In this document: positions 39,509-49,985 of the stretch, piece by piece
Numbering within the stretch: position 1 is the stretch's first letter
Layout of the letters: each line of letters begins with the position of its first letter
Virus record (IMG/VR): IMGVR_UViG_3300047661_000097
Length of the DNA stretch: 64,000 bases
Source: an uncultured virus (IMG/VR IMGVR_UViG_3300047661_000097)
Taxonomy: Duplodnaviria; Heunggongvirae; Uroviricota; Caudoviricetes
Reading direction: 5' to 3' (one strand)
Translations under genes and position numbers: made by a program
Notes under the pieces: model-generated
Database searches by the model: none
What the model saw: the letters and a program-made list of their open reading frames with translations, nothing else
Told to the model about the DNA's origin: nothing

Positions 39509-39874
39509 ACCGTCCAGATCCTAGACTTTTCAGGGGCGAAGATTTTTTTCGCCCTTTTTTGTTTTGCTCCCGCCCGCGCTATTCTATCGCCATGAAACAC
39601 CGTGAAGACGCCGAATCCGCAAACCTGTTTGTAGATTTAAACTGCCAACACTCCCGCATTAAATGGGGCGCTTTGCAGCACGTCTATCTTGACGACGGCC
39701 GCGCGATTATCTGGCAAGAGGGAACCTGCAAGGATTGCAATACTAAAATGCAGCTCGATTACACCGCCTGCCCGCCGCGCTTATTTCTTGCCACAACTAA
39801 ATAATTTTATTGCATATACCAAACAAGTTTGCTATATTAATTCCAGCGGCCACCAGCCGCGTGGAGAATCCATC

Positions 39875-40786
39875 ATGTACAGCTTTCATTACGGTCGCAA
39901 CATGGGCACAGGATACCGGGAAGCGCTCACACTGGACGCGATACGTGCAATTGCGCCGTCCGCGTTCGCCACTTCGCCGCACGAGTCACGCTCTGCGCGT
40001 TATACGTACATTCCCACATCCGAGATTATTGCGGGATTGATGCGTGAAGGCTTCCAGCCTTTCAAGGCCGCTCAAAGTCGTTGCCGCATCGAAGGCAAGG
40101 CGGATTTTACCAAGCATCTGATTCGCTTTCGTCACGCCGATTCGCTGGCCACGGCAAGCCCCGAAGCCATTCCCGAAGTCGTTTTAGTCAACAGCCACGA
40201 CGGAACCAGCGCGTATAAACTCTTCGCCGGGATCTTCCGCATGGTTTGCACCAATGGCCTGATAGTCGCCGATTCCCTAGTCGGCTCGCTCTCCGTCCAG
40301 CACAAGGGCGACATCCTGCAGCAAGTCATCGACGGCAGTTTTCAAATTGTCGGCGATACCACTAAAGCGCTCGGCCGCGTCGATGAATTCCGCCAGCTCC
40401 GCCTTACGGACGGCGAGCAGGACGCATTCGCAGAGTCCGCCCATTCATTGCGCTTTGCCGATGCTGCCGGCGAAGTCAAAACGCCGATTACTCCCGCACA
40501 ATTGCTCTTCCCGCATCGCTCCGATGACCGTGACGAAAATTCTACCGTTTGGGGGCGCCCCGGCCATGACCTCTGGCACACGTTGAACACCGTACAGGAA
40601 AACGTGATTCGCGGCGGCCTCCATGGCACAGCCTACACGCCGAACGCGCAAACCGGCCGCCCCGTCCGCCGGCGCGTTACCACTCGCGCGGTCACCGGCA
40701 TCGATCAAGATGTAAAATTGAATCGCGCTCTATGGATGCTGGCGGAACGCATGGCGGAGCTAAAGGGTGTAGCCGTAGCGGCCTAA
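39875..40786 (+). CDS. DUF932/DUF945-family protein
   Basis: 'HESRSARYTYIPT', 'FTKHLIRFR', 'LVNSHDGTSAY...FRMVCTNGL' and 'DVKLNRALW'. Confidence 0.85.
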   Translation: MYSFHYGRNMGTGYREALTLDAIRAIAPSAFATSPHESRSARYTYIPTSEIIAGLMREGFQPFKAAQSRCRIEGKADFTKHLIRFRHADSLATASPEAIPEVVLVNSHDGTSAYKLFAGIFRMVCTNGLIVADSLVGSLSVQHKGDILQQVIDGSFQIVGDTTKALGRVDEFRQLRLTDGEQDAFAESAHSLRFADAAGEVKTPITPAQLLFPHRSDDRDENSTVWGRPGHDLWHTLNTVQENVIRGGLHGTAYTPNAQTGRPVRRRVTTRAVTGIDQDVKLNRALWMLAERMAELKGVAVAA

Positions 40787-40793
40787 CGCCTCA

Positions 40794-40826
40794 CCGGGAC
40801 GGTTCCCCGCCGTCCCGGTTTTCTTT
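40794..40826 (+). terminator. Intrinsic terminator
   Basis: ACCGGGACGG-loop-CCGTCCCGGT followed by TTTCTTT. Confidence 0.7.
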
Positions 40827-41365
40827 CCCTGTATTCACTTGGCACGCATTTAATTGCGTGCCCATGGGAGTCTCACAAATGGCAATACGGCATTTACTCA
40901 GCGGCCCCGTTACGATCATGACTCCACGCAAGGATGGGCGAGTCTGGATTCGCTACTATTCCGGGCGAATTGCAGAGGTGGACGGCACAGAGCTAAGCGC
41001 AGACAACGGAATCTCTGAAATAGGCTCAGCTCTGACAGCCATTGCAGATAAGTGGGACTGGCGAGAGTGGGATACACCTAACTGGCATCTACAGGCAACC
41101 GCGCAACGGGCGAACTAGTCCAGAATCCGGACTGTTCAACCTTTGCCCGCCCGTGAGCTTGATACGCGGGCAGAAAGAAAAATGCTATGTTTTGGGTAAT
41201 CCGCAATTCTAACGGGTTATACGTTGCGCGGCCCGGTTCGCGCTGCTCATTCACCAATAAGCTACAACTTGCGCGCCGCTTTACAAGCGAAGAGAGCGCA
41301 CGGCGGGAATGCTGCGGGAATGAACATCCCGAAAAAATCGCATAATTACGCGGAAAGGGGACACC

Positions 41366-41581
41366 ATGGCAGATCTTATATTTAAAATCGTTGCGCAGTT
41401 TGGACCGGAATACGCTTTTGTATCTGACAGTCAAGATACAGCGCCGATCAAGGATTCTATCCCGAGCGCAAAAGACTATGATTCTTTTTTTGTGCTTACC
41501 GCAGACGGCGACTTTGTAGAAGTTTGGGGAATGATAGGAATTGTGCCTTACAAGTCAAAACTGGTTTCGCGACTGCTGTAA
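41366..41581 (+). CDS. Small early protein (71 aa)
   Basis: AAGGGGA RBS. Confidence 0.5.
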   Translation: MADLIFKIVAQFGPEYAFVSDSQDTAPIKDSIPSAKDYDSFFVLTADGDFVEVWGMIGIVPYKSKLVSRLL

Positions 41582-41663
41582 CTCTTAAGGCATTTTTGTT
41601 GTATCACCCAAACTAGTTTGCTATATTCACAACAGCGGTTACCAGCCGCATGGAGAATCGAAA

Positions 41664-42131
41664 ATGTCAGCATTCATGTTAGACAAAGCGCACATTGACG
41701 CTTTGGTCGCTACAGCTCTTCACGGTCCTCAAGAAATTTTTCTTCCCTCAAAACGCTGGTACACTCTAGATTTCGGTCTCGATTATCGCCGATTGATTCC
41801 TGAAGACGATAGCGCGAACACCCTTGGCGAATTACTGCTAAAAGAGAACCTCTCCAGCATCCTTTATCGGTATCCAGATACAAAAAATAATCCCGATAAT
41901 TTGCCGGGCCCGGCTGATTCTTACTGGTCCAAGCCTTACAAGTTCCCGCCAAACACAAAGCGGCTTACGATCATTCAAGCGCTCAAGGCACTTGACTGCT
42001 ACGAATATCAATCTTGCGAGCATCTTGAATGGGAAGCAAGCGCCGCCCACAAATTCTGCATTAACTTCCGTACCGCGCTTATTGCGTTTCTTCCCGGCTA
42101 TGAGGAAGCAGCGTGGAGCATTGAAGCATAA
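41664..42131 (+). CDS. Early hypothetical protein (155 aa)
   Basis: Follows the leader cassette; 'LKALDCYEYQSCE'. Confidence 0.65.
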   Translation: MSAFMLDKAHIDALVATALHGPQEIFLPSKRWYTLDFGLDYRRLIPEDDSANTLGELLLKENLSSILYRYPDTKNNPDNLPGPADSYWSKPYKFPPNTKRLTIIQALKALDCYEYQSCEHLEWEASAAHKFCINFRTALIAFLPGYEEAAWSIEA

Positions 42132-42377
42132 AGGGAAATCAATTATGACAATGAGTAAGAAAGATTTTCAATGGATCAACATTCTAATTGATTTAGCGCT
42201 TGCAGATGTGAAGTATTGCATTGATCGCGGAGACGAACACCACGCATACACCGCCACACTTACACTTTGCATGAGAGCAAAAAGATTAAACGCAAAGTAG
42301 GGTTACAGCAAAAAATTAATCGCCGCGCCCGCGCGCTCGCGGGCAAAGCAGTAACCAACTGCATGGAGAATGAAGCA

Positions 42378-42830
42378 ATGGCAGAGCAAGATGAGTTTTT
42401 CGGCAAAGTGATTTACAGCTATACGCGCGCGCAAGCGATTGCAGACGGCGTACTCGTCGACCTTTCGGACCCGTCTTTCACCTTCCGCCCCGGCCTCAAC
42501 ATTTTGAAAGAGGCCGGCATCAAATATCCCGTAGCCATGACGTTGACCGCATTCGCGCGCATGGTGCATGATCCCGATAGCAATGAGCCGTTACCGCCAG
42601 GTCAAGACGTGAGCGGCCGCCTATGGGACGTTCTAATGGTCTTCAAACTCTACGCGCGCCAGACCGCCGGCGATATATTCCTCTTTCCCGTTCGCGTGCA
42701 GAATTGGGTGTACGTCGACGGCAAGCGTACTGAGCGCGCCAAACTCGAAACCGTAGAGCTCAAGGCGGTTTGCGGCCCCGGCGACACGCCCGCGCCCGTC
42801 ATTACCATCATGCTGCCCAATGAAGACTAG
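42378..42830 (+). CDS. Early hypothetical protein ('YSYTRAQAIADGVLVD')
   Basis: Motif common in mobile-element proteins. Ends 'VITIMLPNED'. Confidence 0.65.
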   Translation: MAEQDEFFGKVIYSYTRAQAIADGVLVDLSDPSFTFRPGLNILKEAGIKYPVAMTLTAFARMVHDPDSNEPLPPGQDVSGRLWDVLMVFKLYARQTAGDIFLFPVRVQNWVYVDGKRTERAKLETVELKAVCGPGDTPAPVITIMLPNED

Positions 42831-43181
42831 CGAACGAGTCCAGAATCTGGACTGTTTTTGATAGCGTGACCAAAATTTTCCCACCATGCCGGCGTGCCGG
42901 CAGAATCGAAAGAGCTATGAAGTGTAATCACTGCGGTAGGGAATCCGAAGACTTTCCCTTATGTCGGCTATGCGCCGCGCTTTCCGCCTTGCGCCCCGTC
43001 CGTCAGCATTGCGTCCGACTGGCGGCCATGGCGCCCGATAGGATTCGGCCCTATGTCAATCTATTAAGATCTGACATTGAAAAGGCGCTTGAAATTCTTG
43101 ATACGAATCGCACACGAAAAATTTGATAGGTGACCAAAAATTTTCCATTATGCCGGCACGCCGGCAGAATCGAGAAGCACA

Positions 43182-43355
43182 ATGAAACCAGATACGTGCT
43201 ATTACGATAACGATAAATGCCACGGCGAATTGTGGCAGTGCGAAACCTGCGAAGAATGGTTTTGCGAAGAGCATAACCACGTAACCAGCAAAGGCACAAA
43301 CGTTGAATGCGTCGCTTGCGAGCGCGCAAGAATCGAGAATTCCAATGAAATTTAA
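43182..43355 (+). CDS. 57-aa Cys/His-rich peptide (not in ORF track)
   Basis: MKPDTC...CETCEEWFCEEH...CVAC; overlaps the start of the next gene. Confidence 0.5.
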   Translation: MKPDTCYYDNDKCHGELWQCETCEEWFCEEHNHVTSKGTNVECVACERARIENSNEI

Positions 43356-43533
43356 ACTTGAAATTGAACTAGGCAATGACGCCATGCAAACCTTTGATGA
43401 CGTACTAGAGGCATTACAAGAGAGCCATAGCAGTTTGGCAGATGGGAGCGAACCATTCATAGTTGGAGATTATGACTTATTACGCGACGTAAACGGGAAC
43501 ACGGTTGGCAAGTGGGAAGTAACAAAGCAATAA
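43345..43533 (+). CDS. Small acidic early protein, paralogue of 37767-37955
   Basis: Shared motifs as above. Confidence 0.65.
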   Translation: MKFKLEIELGNDAMQTFDDVLEALQESHSSLADGSEPFIVGDYDLLRDVNGNTVGKWEVTKQ

Positions 43534-43973
43534 AAAATTCGGTGCCGCCTTGCTCTTGATAGGTGACCAAAATATTTTTTTGTTGTTTCGCACAAACCAG
43601 TTCTGCATACTTGGATCAGCGGCCACCAGCCGCATGGGAGGAACCATGAAAACCTTCTTTTTTACCGTCGAGCTAAGCGGCCAAGGCGACACACCCGAGG
43701 ATGCTTGGGAAAATGCCGTCGAGGGATTCTCCGTCGACCCCGGACCTTGCCCCGATGAATTTAGCGTTGACGACGAAGACGACTCCGATTTACCTGAAAC
43801 TGCTTGATCTTTGCTGCGCCGCATCCACGGTAAGCAAATGCGTCCCGCGTGGTAGCGGGCAGGCCGGGCGTAAGACGGCCATTCCTTCCCCCTTTGATAG
43901 GTGACCAAATCTTTCTCCCCAATATTTATATATTGACAATACCAAACTAGTTTGGTAAACTTAAAAAGTAATA

Positions 43974-44495
43974 TTGATAGAGGGTATTCGCATGCTTTCA
44001 GTCATTCCCGCGCAAGAGTTTGTCGAGACGCCCGCAGAAGCCGAGCAGCCTGTCCAGCGCGCGCCCAAACGCCGCCGCGGACGGCCTAAGCTGACCACGA
44101 CACAGCGCCGCGCACGTGATCTGGCCACCAGCAACAATCTTACCGATCAGTTGCTCTACGCCTTTCGGCGCGGCAATCGCCTTTTTGCCATTGGCGGCTT
44201 GCTCGTGGGCGGCTTTATTCCTTTGGGCAGCTATACGCTCATTCATCAAGAAGTTGCTGCTCGGCCTTACCTCTGGGCGCTGGTCGCCGGCGGTCTGCTG
44301 TATTCTTCCACCAGCGTCTTTTTGTGGGCAGACAGCTACTTCCACAGCAAGCTCAAGGCAGTTGGCTTTGTCGTGCTGCTCGAGGGAATTCTTACGCTCT
44401 CGTCTGTTGAATGGCTCAGCATCGCCGGCCTGGCCATTTTGATGAGCTTGAACGCCGTCACGGCGGCCATGCCCCCCCAAGCCAAAAACCACTAA
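43974..44495 (+). CDS. Membrane protein with AT-hook-like RRRGRPK motif
   Basis: Basic N-terminus followed by about 4 hydrophobic segments. Confidence 0.55.
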   Translation: MIEGIRMLSVIPAQEFVETPAEAEQPVQRAPKRRRGRPKLTTTQRRARDLATSNNLTDQLLYAFRRGNRLFAIGGLLVGGFIPLGSYTLIHQEVAARPYLWALVAGGLLYSSTSVFLWADSYFHSKLKAVGFVVLLEGILTLSSVEWLSIAGLAILMSLNAVTAAMPPQAKNH

Positions 44496-44520
44496 CCAAA
44501 ATTACAGGGGAAGAAAAATC

Positions 44521-44991
44521 ATGAAAATCGTACTGATTATGGACGGCGGAGTCATTCAGCAGATTTTGTGCGACGAAGCCGTAAAAGTCGCCATCGTCGA
44601 TTATGACGTGGATGGGATTGACGAATGCCAGCGCACTTCCATCCAGCTCGACGACGACGCGCCCGAAGAGGCTTTCACCAATATCATGGTCGCCGATGTC
44701 GCGCCCGGCCTGGCGAACAAGCTGTACGGCATTTGCGAAGCTGATAGCAAACCCACTGAAACCACCCCAGCGCCGGCACCCGCGCCCACCCCCCAGCTAA
44801 ACCTTGCAGAGCTTGAACGCATCGGCTCGGAACTCGCGCAAGCGCTTTTCTATTGGCTGCCGGGCACAAAGCCGATTCCATACGTTCACGACAAAACCGG
44901 CGAAGCGCATCATCAAAAATGGGATGAGGCTAAACTGATTCTCGACCGCGCAAAGCAATTAGGGTTGACGAAGCCCATAAAAGTCTTATAA
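44521..44991 (+). CDS. Hypothetical protein (156 aa)
   Basis: Its last codons overlap the first promoter of the sRNA array. Confidence 0.55.
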   Translation: MKIVLIMDGGVIQQILCDEAVKVAIVDYDVDGIDECQRTSIQLDDDAPEEAFTNIMVADVAPGLANKLYGICEADSKPTETTPAPAPAPTPQLNLAELERIGSELAQALFYWLPGTKPIPYVHDKTGEAHHQKWDEAKLILDRAKQLGLTKPIKVL

Positions 44992-45933
44992 TGATCTTGA
45001 TCGCCGTCGGCGACAGAAGACGATTACAAGTCAATTGCTTTTAGCTAATTACACTTCAACAAGTGTCGCTCGAACGCGCCCCGCAAGGGGCGCGTCCTGT
45101 TTCTGGTTGACAATGACCGAAAAAGTCTTATAATTATCAATGATCGCCGCCGGCGACAGAAGACGATCTGCTTGCCAAATTGCTGTGCAAAATTTGTATA
45201 AGTGTCGCACGAACGCGCCCCGTAAGGGGCGCGTCCTGTTTTTAGTTGACAATGATCGAAAAAGTCATAAAATGATTAGTGGTTGCGGTCGGCAACAGAA
45301 AGCAACCAAGTTTTACAAAGAAGTTCATTCTTCTTTACTAAGTGTTGCACGAACGCGCCCCGCAAGGGGCGCGTTCTGTTTCTGGTTGACAAAGCCCATA
45401 AAAGTCCTATAATGATACTGATCGTTGTCGGCGACAGAAGACGATCATAAGCTGATTGCTACAACTGATAGATGAAGTGTCGCGCGAACGCGCCCCGCAA
45501 GGGGCGCGTCCTGTTTTCAGTTGACAAAGACCATAAAAGTCCTATAATAATCTTGATCGTGGTCGGCAACAGATGACGATTACAAGCGATCACAAACTAC
45601 TTGCTAGCAGACCTTAAGTGTTGCACGAACGCGCCCCGTAAGGGGCGCGTCCTGTTTTCGGTTGACAAAGACCGCAATAGTCTTACAATGATCTTGATCG
45701 CCGTCGGCGACAGAAGACGATCACAAGCTAATTACTTTTAGCTTTCAGCTAAGTGTCGCGCAGAAGCGCCCCTTGCGGGGCGCGTTCTGTTTCCGGTTGA
45801 CAATGACCACAAAAGTCCTATAATAATCCTTACCGTGGTCGGCAACAGATGACGGTTTAGTTTTAAAAAAAACTGTACAAACGTAATACAAGTGTTGCAC
45901 GAGCGCGCCCCGCAAGGGGCGCGTTCTGTTTCT
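44963..45933 (+). ncRNA. Tandem array of seven promoter-sRNA-terminator cassettes
   Basis: -35 boxes at 44965, 45107, 45246, 45386, 45521, 45662 and 45797 (period 135-142). Each has a -10 box, a 5' hairpin, a variable segment, AAGTGT(C/T)GC and a GCGCCCC-N4-GGGGCGC hairpin with T run. Confidence 0.8.
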
Positions 45934-45949
45934 GTCCAGATTGTAAACA

Positions 45950-45978
45950 CAAAAAAAGCCGGGCGCGCGGCCCGGCCT
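45950..45978 (-). terminator. Intrinsic terminator for the convergent minus-strand genes
   Basis: A7 run, then GCCGGGC...GCCCGGC. Confidence 0.6.
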
Positions 45979-45998
45979 AAAGTTGCTTCTCGATCTTT

Positions 45999-46295
45999 CT
46001 ATTTCCGCTCAAGATTCGTAATGCGAACGCTGCATCCCTCGATTCTCCCGGAATGCTCACCCAACAGCTCATAAAACCGCCGCAAGTCGCCCTCGATCAC
46101 GTTCAAGCGCCCTTCAATCTTTGTAAAGCGCCCTTCAAACCCTGTAAAGCGCCCTTCGATCCCTGTAAAGCGGCTTTCCACTTCTACAAAACGTGCTTCG
46201 ATTCCTTTGAAGGAATACATATTCAGCAAGATCCCAAGCAGCACCATAAAACTTGGAATCCCAATCGCCAGCCATAATTGCAGGTTTGTCATCAT
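45999..46295 (-). CDS. Membrane-anchored heptad-repeat coiled-coil protein
   Basis: N-terminal TM segment, then 21-nt repeats encoding (I/F)EGRFTG. Confidence 0.65.
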   Translation of the reverse strand: MMTNLQLWLAIGIPSFMVLLGILLNMYSFKGIEARFVEVESRFTGIEGRFTGFEGRFTKIEGRLNVIEGDLRRFYELLGEHSGRIEGCSVRITNLERK

Positions 46296-47180
46296 CGGCG
46301 CCCTCGACCTTTCCAGTATACCTGAACTGTTCTGCCATTATCGCCTAATAATTGTTCATTTCTGACCAATTCGCGATTCTAAATTTTCCATCTTCTTTAC
46401 TAACAGGTCATGCGATTTCCAGACAGCGCGGCGCACGTCAACCGCGGCCGCGCCAATAGCAACAAGAATCATTACAATCCAAACGTGATCCATACTTCCT
46501 CCGTCTTAAACTCCTGGAACAATCACCCAGGTTTATTCGGCCAATATAAAAATAAGCCGCAAAGAAAAATCTCTGCGGCTCACGTGCCAGTGGTCGGGCA
46601 CAAAAAGTTATTCGGGTGGTGTAGCATTCGCCGGCTGCTCTTTGGCCGCCGCAGATCCTTCCTGGTCAAGCAAGTATGTGTTGGTAGCTTCAACGTATTT
46701 CGGACCGCTGACGCTATCAACTTCCATGTTGTCTACCATGTCGATGGCTTGCTCGGCATCATCCGCATCAATTACAAAGTCTTCGACATAAGTTTCAAGC
46801 TGCCTGATTAAAAACTTCGGCATCGCACCCCCTCCATTCATCTTTTACTAATATATGCAAACTGGTTTGGTTTGTCAAGAAAAATATATATTGATATTTT
46901 GAAGATTGCTAGAAAAAAGCCCCCTGGCCGTGCTACAAAAAAGTATGATCTCTCGGGGTCGAATTTTGTGCTGGCATTGTGTCTGCGAAATCTGCAAGCA
47001 CAAGTGGATCTCCATTAACAAACATCCCCCAGAATTTTGCGCCAATCACGCCTGCCATACACGTGATTGGAATGGCCCCAAGAAACACCGCAAAATATCT
47101 ATTGCACTGCCCAAACCTAACAAGATGCGGCACCCTAATGAATACGACACCGATACCGCGGCAGCTTAGCGAGGCTAGTC

Positions 47181-47531
47181 ATGGATGACGATACAAACGC
47201 AACCGAAGTATCGACCGTCTTCGCAAAAATTTGCGATCTGGGCTTGGCGCTCGGCCATACCAGCATCAAAGATCAGCCTGGTTGCTGGGAACATCAAATC
47301 GATGAGCATTGGTGGTTTGCTATCAATCCCCACGACGTTTCAACTGAATGCGCGGGGGGAACTGAAGTCCCCCCATACACCGCTTATATCAAGTTCTGCG
47401 GCTGGCCATTTGGCTTGGTCTGCCCCGCCGGCGGCATGTTTGCCAAGGGTGCCCTAGCCAATGAAAACACCTTAATCGAGGCCCTTAATAAAGCAATTTC
47501 CGCAGTCGAAAAAGCCAATCAAAAACGTTAA
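47181..47531 (+). CDS. Hypothetical protein (116 aa)
   Basis: GAGG RBS. Confidence 0.5.
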   Translation: MDDDTNATEVSTVFAKICDLGLALGHTSIKDQPGCWEHQIDEHWWFAINPHDVSTECAGGTEVPPYTAYIKFCGWPFGLVCPAGGMFAKGALANENTLIEALNKAISAVEKANQKR

Positions 47532-47643
47532 TTCACTCGCTTTTGCCATCCGGCAACGATTTAGCGCCGGTTTCGTTCATTTTCGACGCTTCACGGCTTT
47601 TAAAAACACGGCCTAACCCTTTGTTTTTCTTTGTGATAGCGAA

Positions 47644-48066
47644 TCAATGGAAATCGTCCCAAAAATCATCAGATGCCACAGGGGCAGTTATTACGGGCGC
47701 GGGTGCCGGCGCCGGCGTTTCTTTGTTCAAGGGTGCGCCCAGCAACGCCAAATCGTTTACCTTGATCTGCGTTTGCGACTTTTTTTCACCCGAGCGCGAA
47801 TCCTGCCAAGAATGCGTCTCGATCTTGCCCTCAATATAGATTTTGGAACCCTTCGACACGAACTTCTCAACAATTTCTGCCAGCTGCGCATACGCAGCCA
47901 GGTTGTGCCACTCTGTACGGTCTTGCCAGTTGCCTGCGTTGTCTTTGTAGCGCTCGCTGGTGGCCAGCGTCCAGGTCGCAACCTTTGTGCCGCTGGGCAT
48001 CGCCCGAATCTCTGGGTCTTTGCCCGCGTTTCCTAGCAAAATAACCTTATTTACACTTTTCGACAT
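47644..48066 (-). CDS. ssb: Single-stranded DNA-binding protein
   Basis: 'SVNKVILLGN.GKDPEIR', 'TEWHNL', 'KGSKIYIEGKI' and an acidic tail. Confidence 0.95.
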   Translation of the reverse strand: MSKSVNKVILLGNAGKDPEIRAMPSGTKVATWTLATSERYKDNAGNWQDRTEWHNLAAYAQLAEIVEKFVSKGSKIYIEGKIETHSWQDSRSGEKKSQTQIKVNDLALLGAPLNKETPAPAPAPVITAPVASDDFWDDFH

Positions 48067-48871
48067 ATCACACCTAGCTTCTCGCCGCTGCAAACGGCAA
48101 ATTTCTTGAGTTATCATAACGCAGTATTTATTTGTAAGCTAGACGAATAACGCACTTAGTTAGTTTGGCTTTACGTTCGCTTTTGACCGCATCACTCCAT
48201 AGGCATCCAAGCATTGCTTTAACGGCTCAATATTAGGATGCATGTTATGTTCCACAGCCGTTTCAATCGCTATTGCGCTAAGAGCAATATGCTGCAATGC
48301 AATAATTTCACGAGCCTGTTGCTCGATGAAATCTTTGCGCTCATATAGGCTATCTATTAATCTCTGTATCAAATAATCACGCCAAATAATACCAACAACT
48401 AAAAACAACTCCACGCCGCACAGAACAATAGCGCCAACATAACGGTGAAAACTAAAATCAATCGTTGCTTGCGCTCCATCCATAAAAGCCCATGCCACAA
48501 CAAATCCAGATAGGCACGTATTTAAAATCTTTGTCAATTTAATTTTCAAAACCACACCTCAACAATGCAAGGATCGTCATCATCATAACGCGCCATTCGG
48601 TAAAGCCCTGGTGGCACCATTTTCCGAATCTCCGCAAGCGAATCCGCTACCTTAATATCGTTGGTCGCAATCATCTGATTGGCGCGAATATCCCATCGCC
48701 GCAAAACGTATTTTGTTGGGTAGTCGCGTGGATCGTCATAAATGACCCATTGCGATATTTCCGCAGATGGCTTATCAGTCAAATCTTTTTCCATGCAAGC
48801 GCTCCATGCAACGCATCCCGGTAATCGTCATTTAAGCACCCCCTCAATAAATGGCAATTACCGGAACACAG

Positions 48872-49324
48872 CTACCGTTTCGGCAATACAGCATAATATT
48901 CCATAACTCGAGCAACAAATTCCTGTGTTGGCAGCCCGTTGTCCCGCGCAATAAGTTCAGCAAGGCTTTCAATTTTTCCCAAAGCATATCCCAACAATTC
49001 CGGGCTTATTTCTGACGCGGAATTTGCTGGAGGTTGCACTTGTTGAGGTACCGGTTGCTTCGTAATTGCCTTTGGATTCTTTGCTTTTTTAGGATGCCCC
49101 AGCGTCTTTTTGGCTGACGGTTTCTCCGGTTTTTCATGGTAAGTAATACCTCTTACACCATGCTTAAACCAGCGATGCATCCCCAACGTCCTTCTGGTTG
49201 GAAGCAAAGTAACGATATTTTCTTCTTTGCACTCTGGACATTCAAACTTATTTTCTGCGGGTGTTGCACTTTCATCTTGCACGGGTGTAGTTTCTTCTTC
49301 CATCTTTCCTCCTCGGTGTTGCAT
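48872..49324 (-). CDS. C2H2-like zinc-finger protein
   Basis: CPEC...LGMHRWFKH. Confidence 0.5.
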   Translation of the reverse strand: MQHRGGKMEEETTPVQDESATPAENKFECPECKEENIVTLLPTRRTLGMHRWFKHGVRGITYHEKPEKPSAKKTLGHPKKAKNPKAITKQPVPQQVQPPANSASEISPELLGYALGKIESLAELIARDNGLPTQEFVARVMEYYAVLPKR

Positions 49325-49328
49325 TGTT

Positions 49329-49985
49329 TTAAAGCTGAATGATGCGTGGAGCGCGCGTCGGCGGCCGGTAATTAAGCCCTAACGCCGATACGTTATAGCA
49401 ATCAATCTTCCCCATCTTGCCTGTGATCTGTTGCTCTAAACCACCGCATTCATGAATGTGCCCAAAAACGTGATAATGAACTTTACGCGCTTCAATTGCT
49501 TCCCGCAATGCAAACGAACCACAGTGATTATCCAAAACTCCGGCTGGCGGCCCATGCGTCACCAACACATCAATCTCAGCAGGCATATTGCGATAAATGC
49601 ATCGCAATTCATCTTCCGTGCGCATAAAAGCCCAATTCATAAACGGCGGCGTCCACGGCGAGCCATAAAAAACATAACCCCGAAACTCGCATGCTTGATC
49701 CACCAGCACTTGAAAGTTATACGAAAAATTGTAAACGGCTGGCTCAAGCGCTTTTTCAAAGCACATATCATGATTGCCAGGCACTAAAATAACTTGGTCA
49801 TAAGCGGCGGTTTTTACATATTCCCCCCAAGTAATAGCTTGATCCCACTCTCCTGTTTTCGTCATGTCGCCGGCATGAATCAGTACGTCAGCTGTTGGCA
49901 AATCAAAATCATATCCGTGCGTATCAGATATTGCAGCAATTTTCATGGCGCTACTTCCCATATCTTCAAACCAAATCTTTTCCAT
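49329..49985 (-). CDS. Calcineurin-like metallophosphoesterase
   Basis: SDTH, HAGD, GNHD, THGPP and FGHIHE motifs. Confidence 0.9.
   Translation of the reverse strand: MEKIWFEDMGSSAMKIAAISDTHGYDFDLPTADVLIHAGDMTKTGEWDQAITWGEYVKTAAYDQVILVPGNHDMCFEKALEPAVYNFSYNFQVLVDQACEFRGYVFYGSPWTPPFMNWAFMRTEDELRCIYRNMPAEIDVLVTHGPPAGVLDNHCGSFALREAIEARKVHYHVFGHIHECGGLEQQITGKMGKIDCYNVSALGLNYRPPTRAPRIIQL

Larger units (their letters stand above)
37358..46869. promoter_or_regulatory. Dispersed early promoter/operator cassette (CAAACTAGTTTG)
   Basis: Exact or variant palindrome at 37358, 38025, 38779, 39820, 41609, 43593, 43943 and 46858 (minus), lying between TTGCAT/TTGACA-like and TATATT-like boxes. Confidence 0.8.

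Noticed and set aside
44963..45933. Reading this array as CRISPR
   Set aside because: The constant part is about 105 bp and has a promoter and terminator per unit, unlike CRISPR repeats.
45049..46074. ORFs over the 140-bp repeat array
   Set aside because: No RBS, and they cross promoters and terminators. Covariation points to RNA-level constraint.
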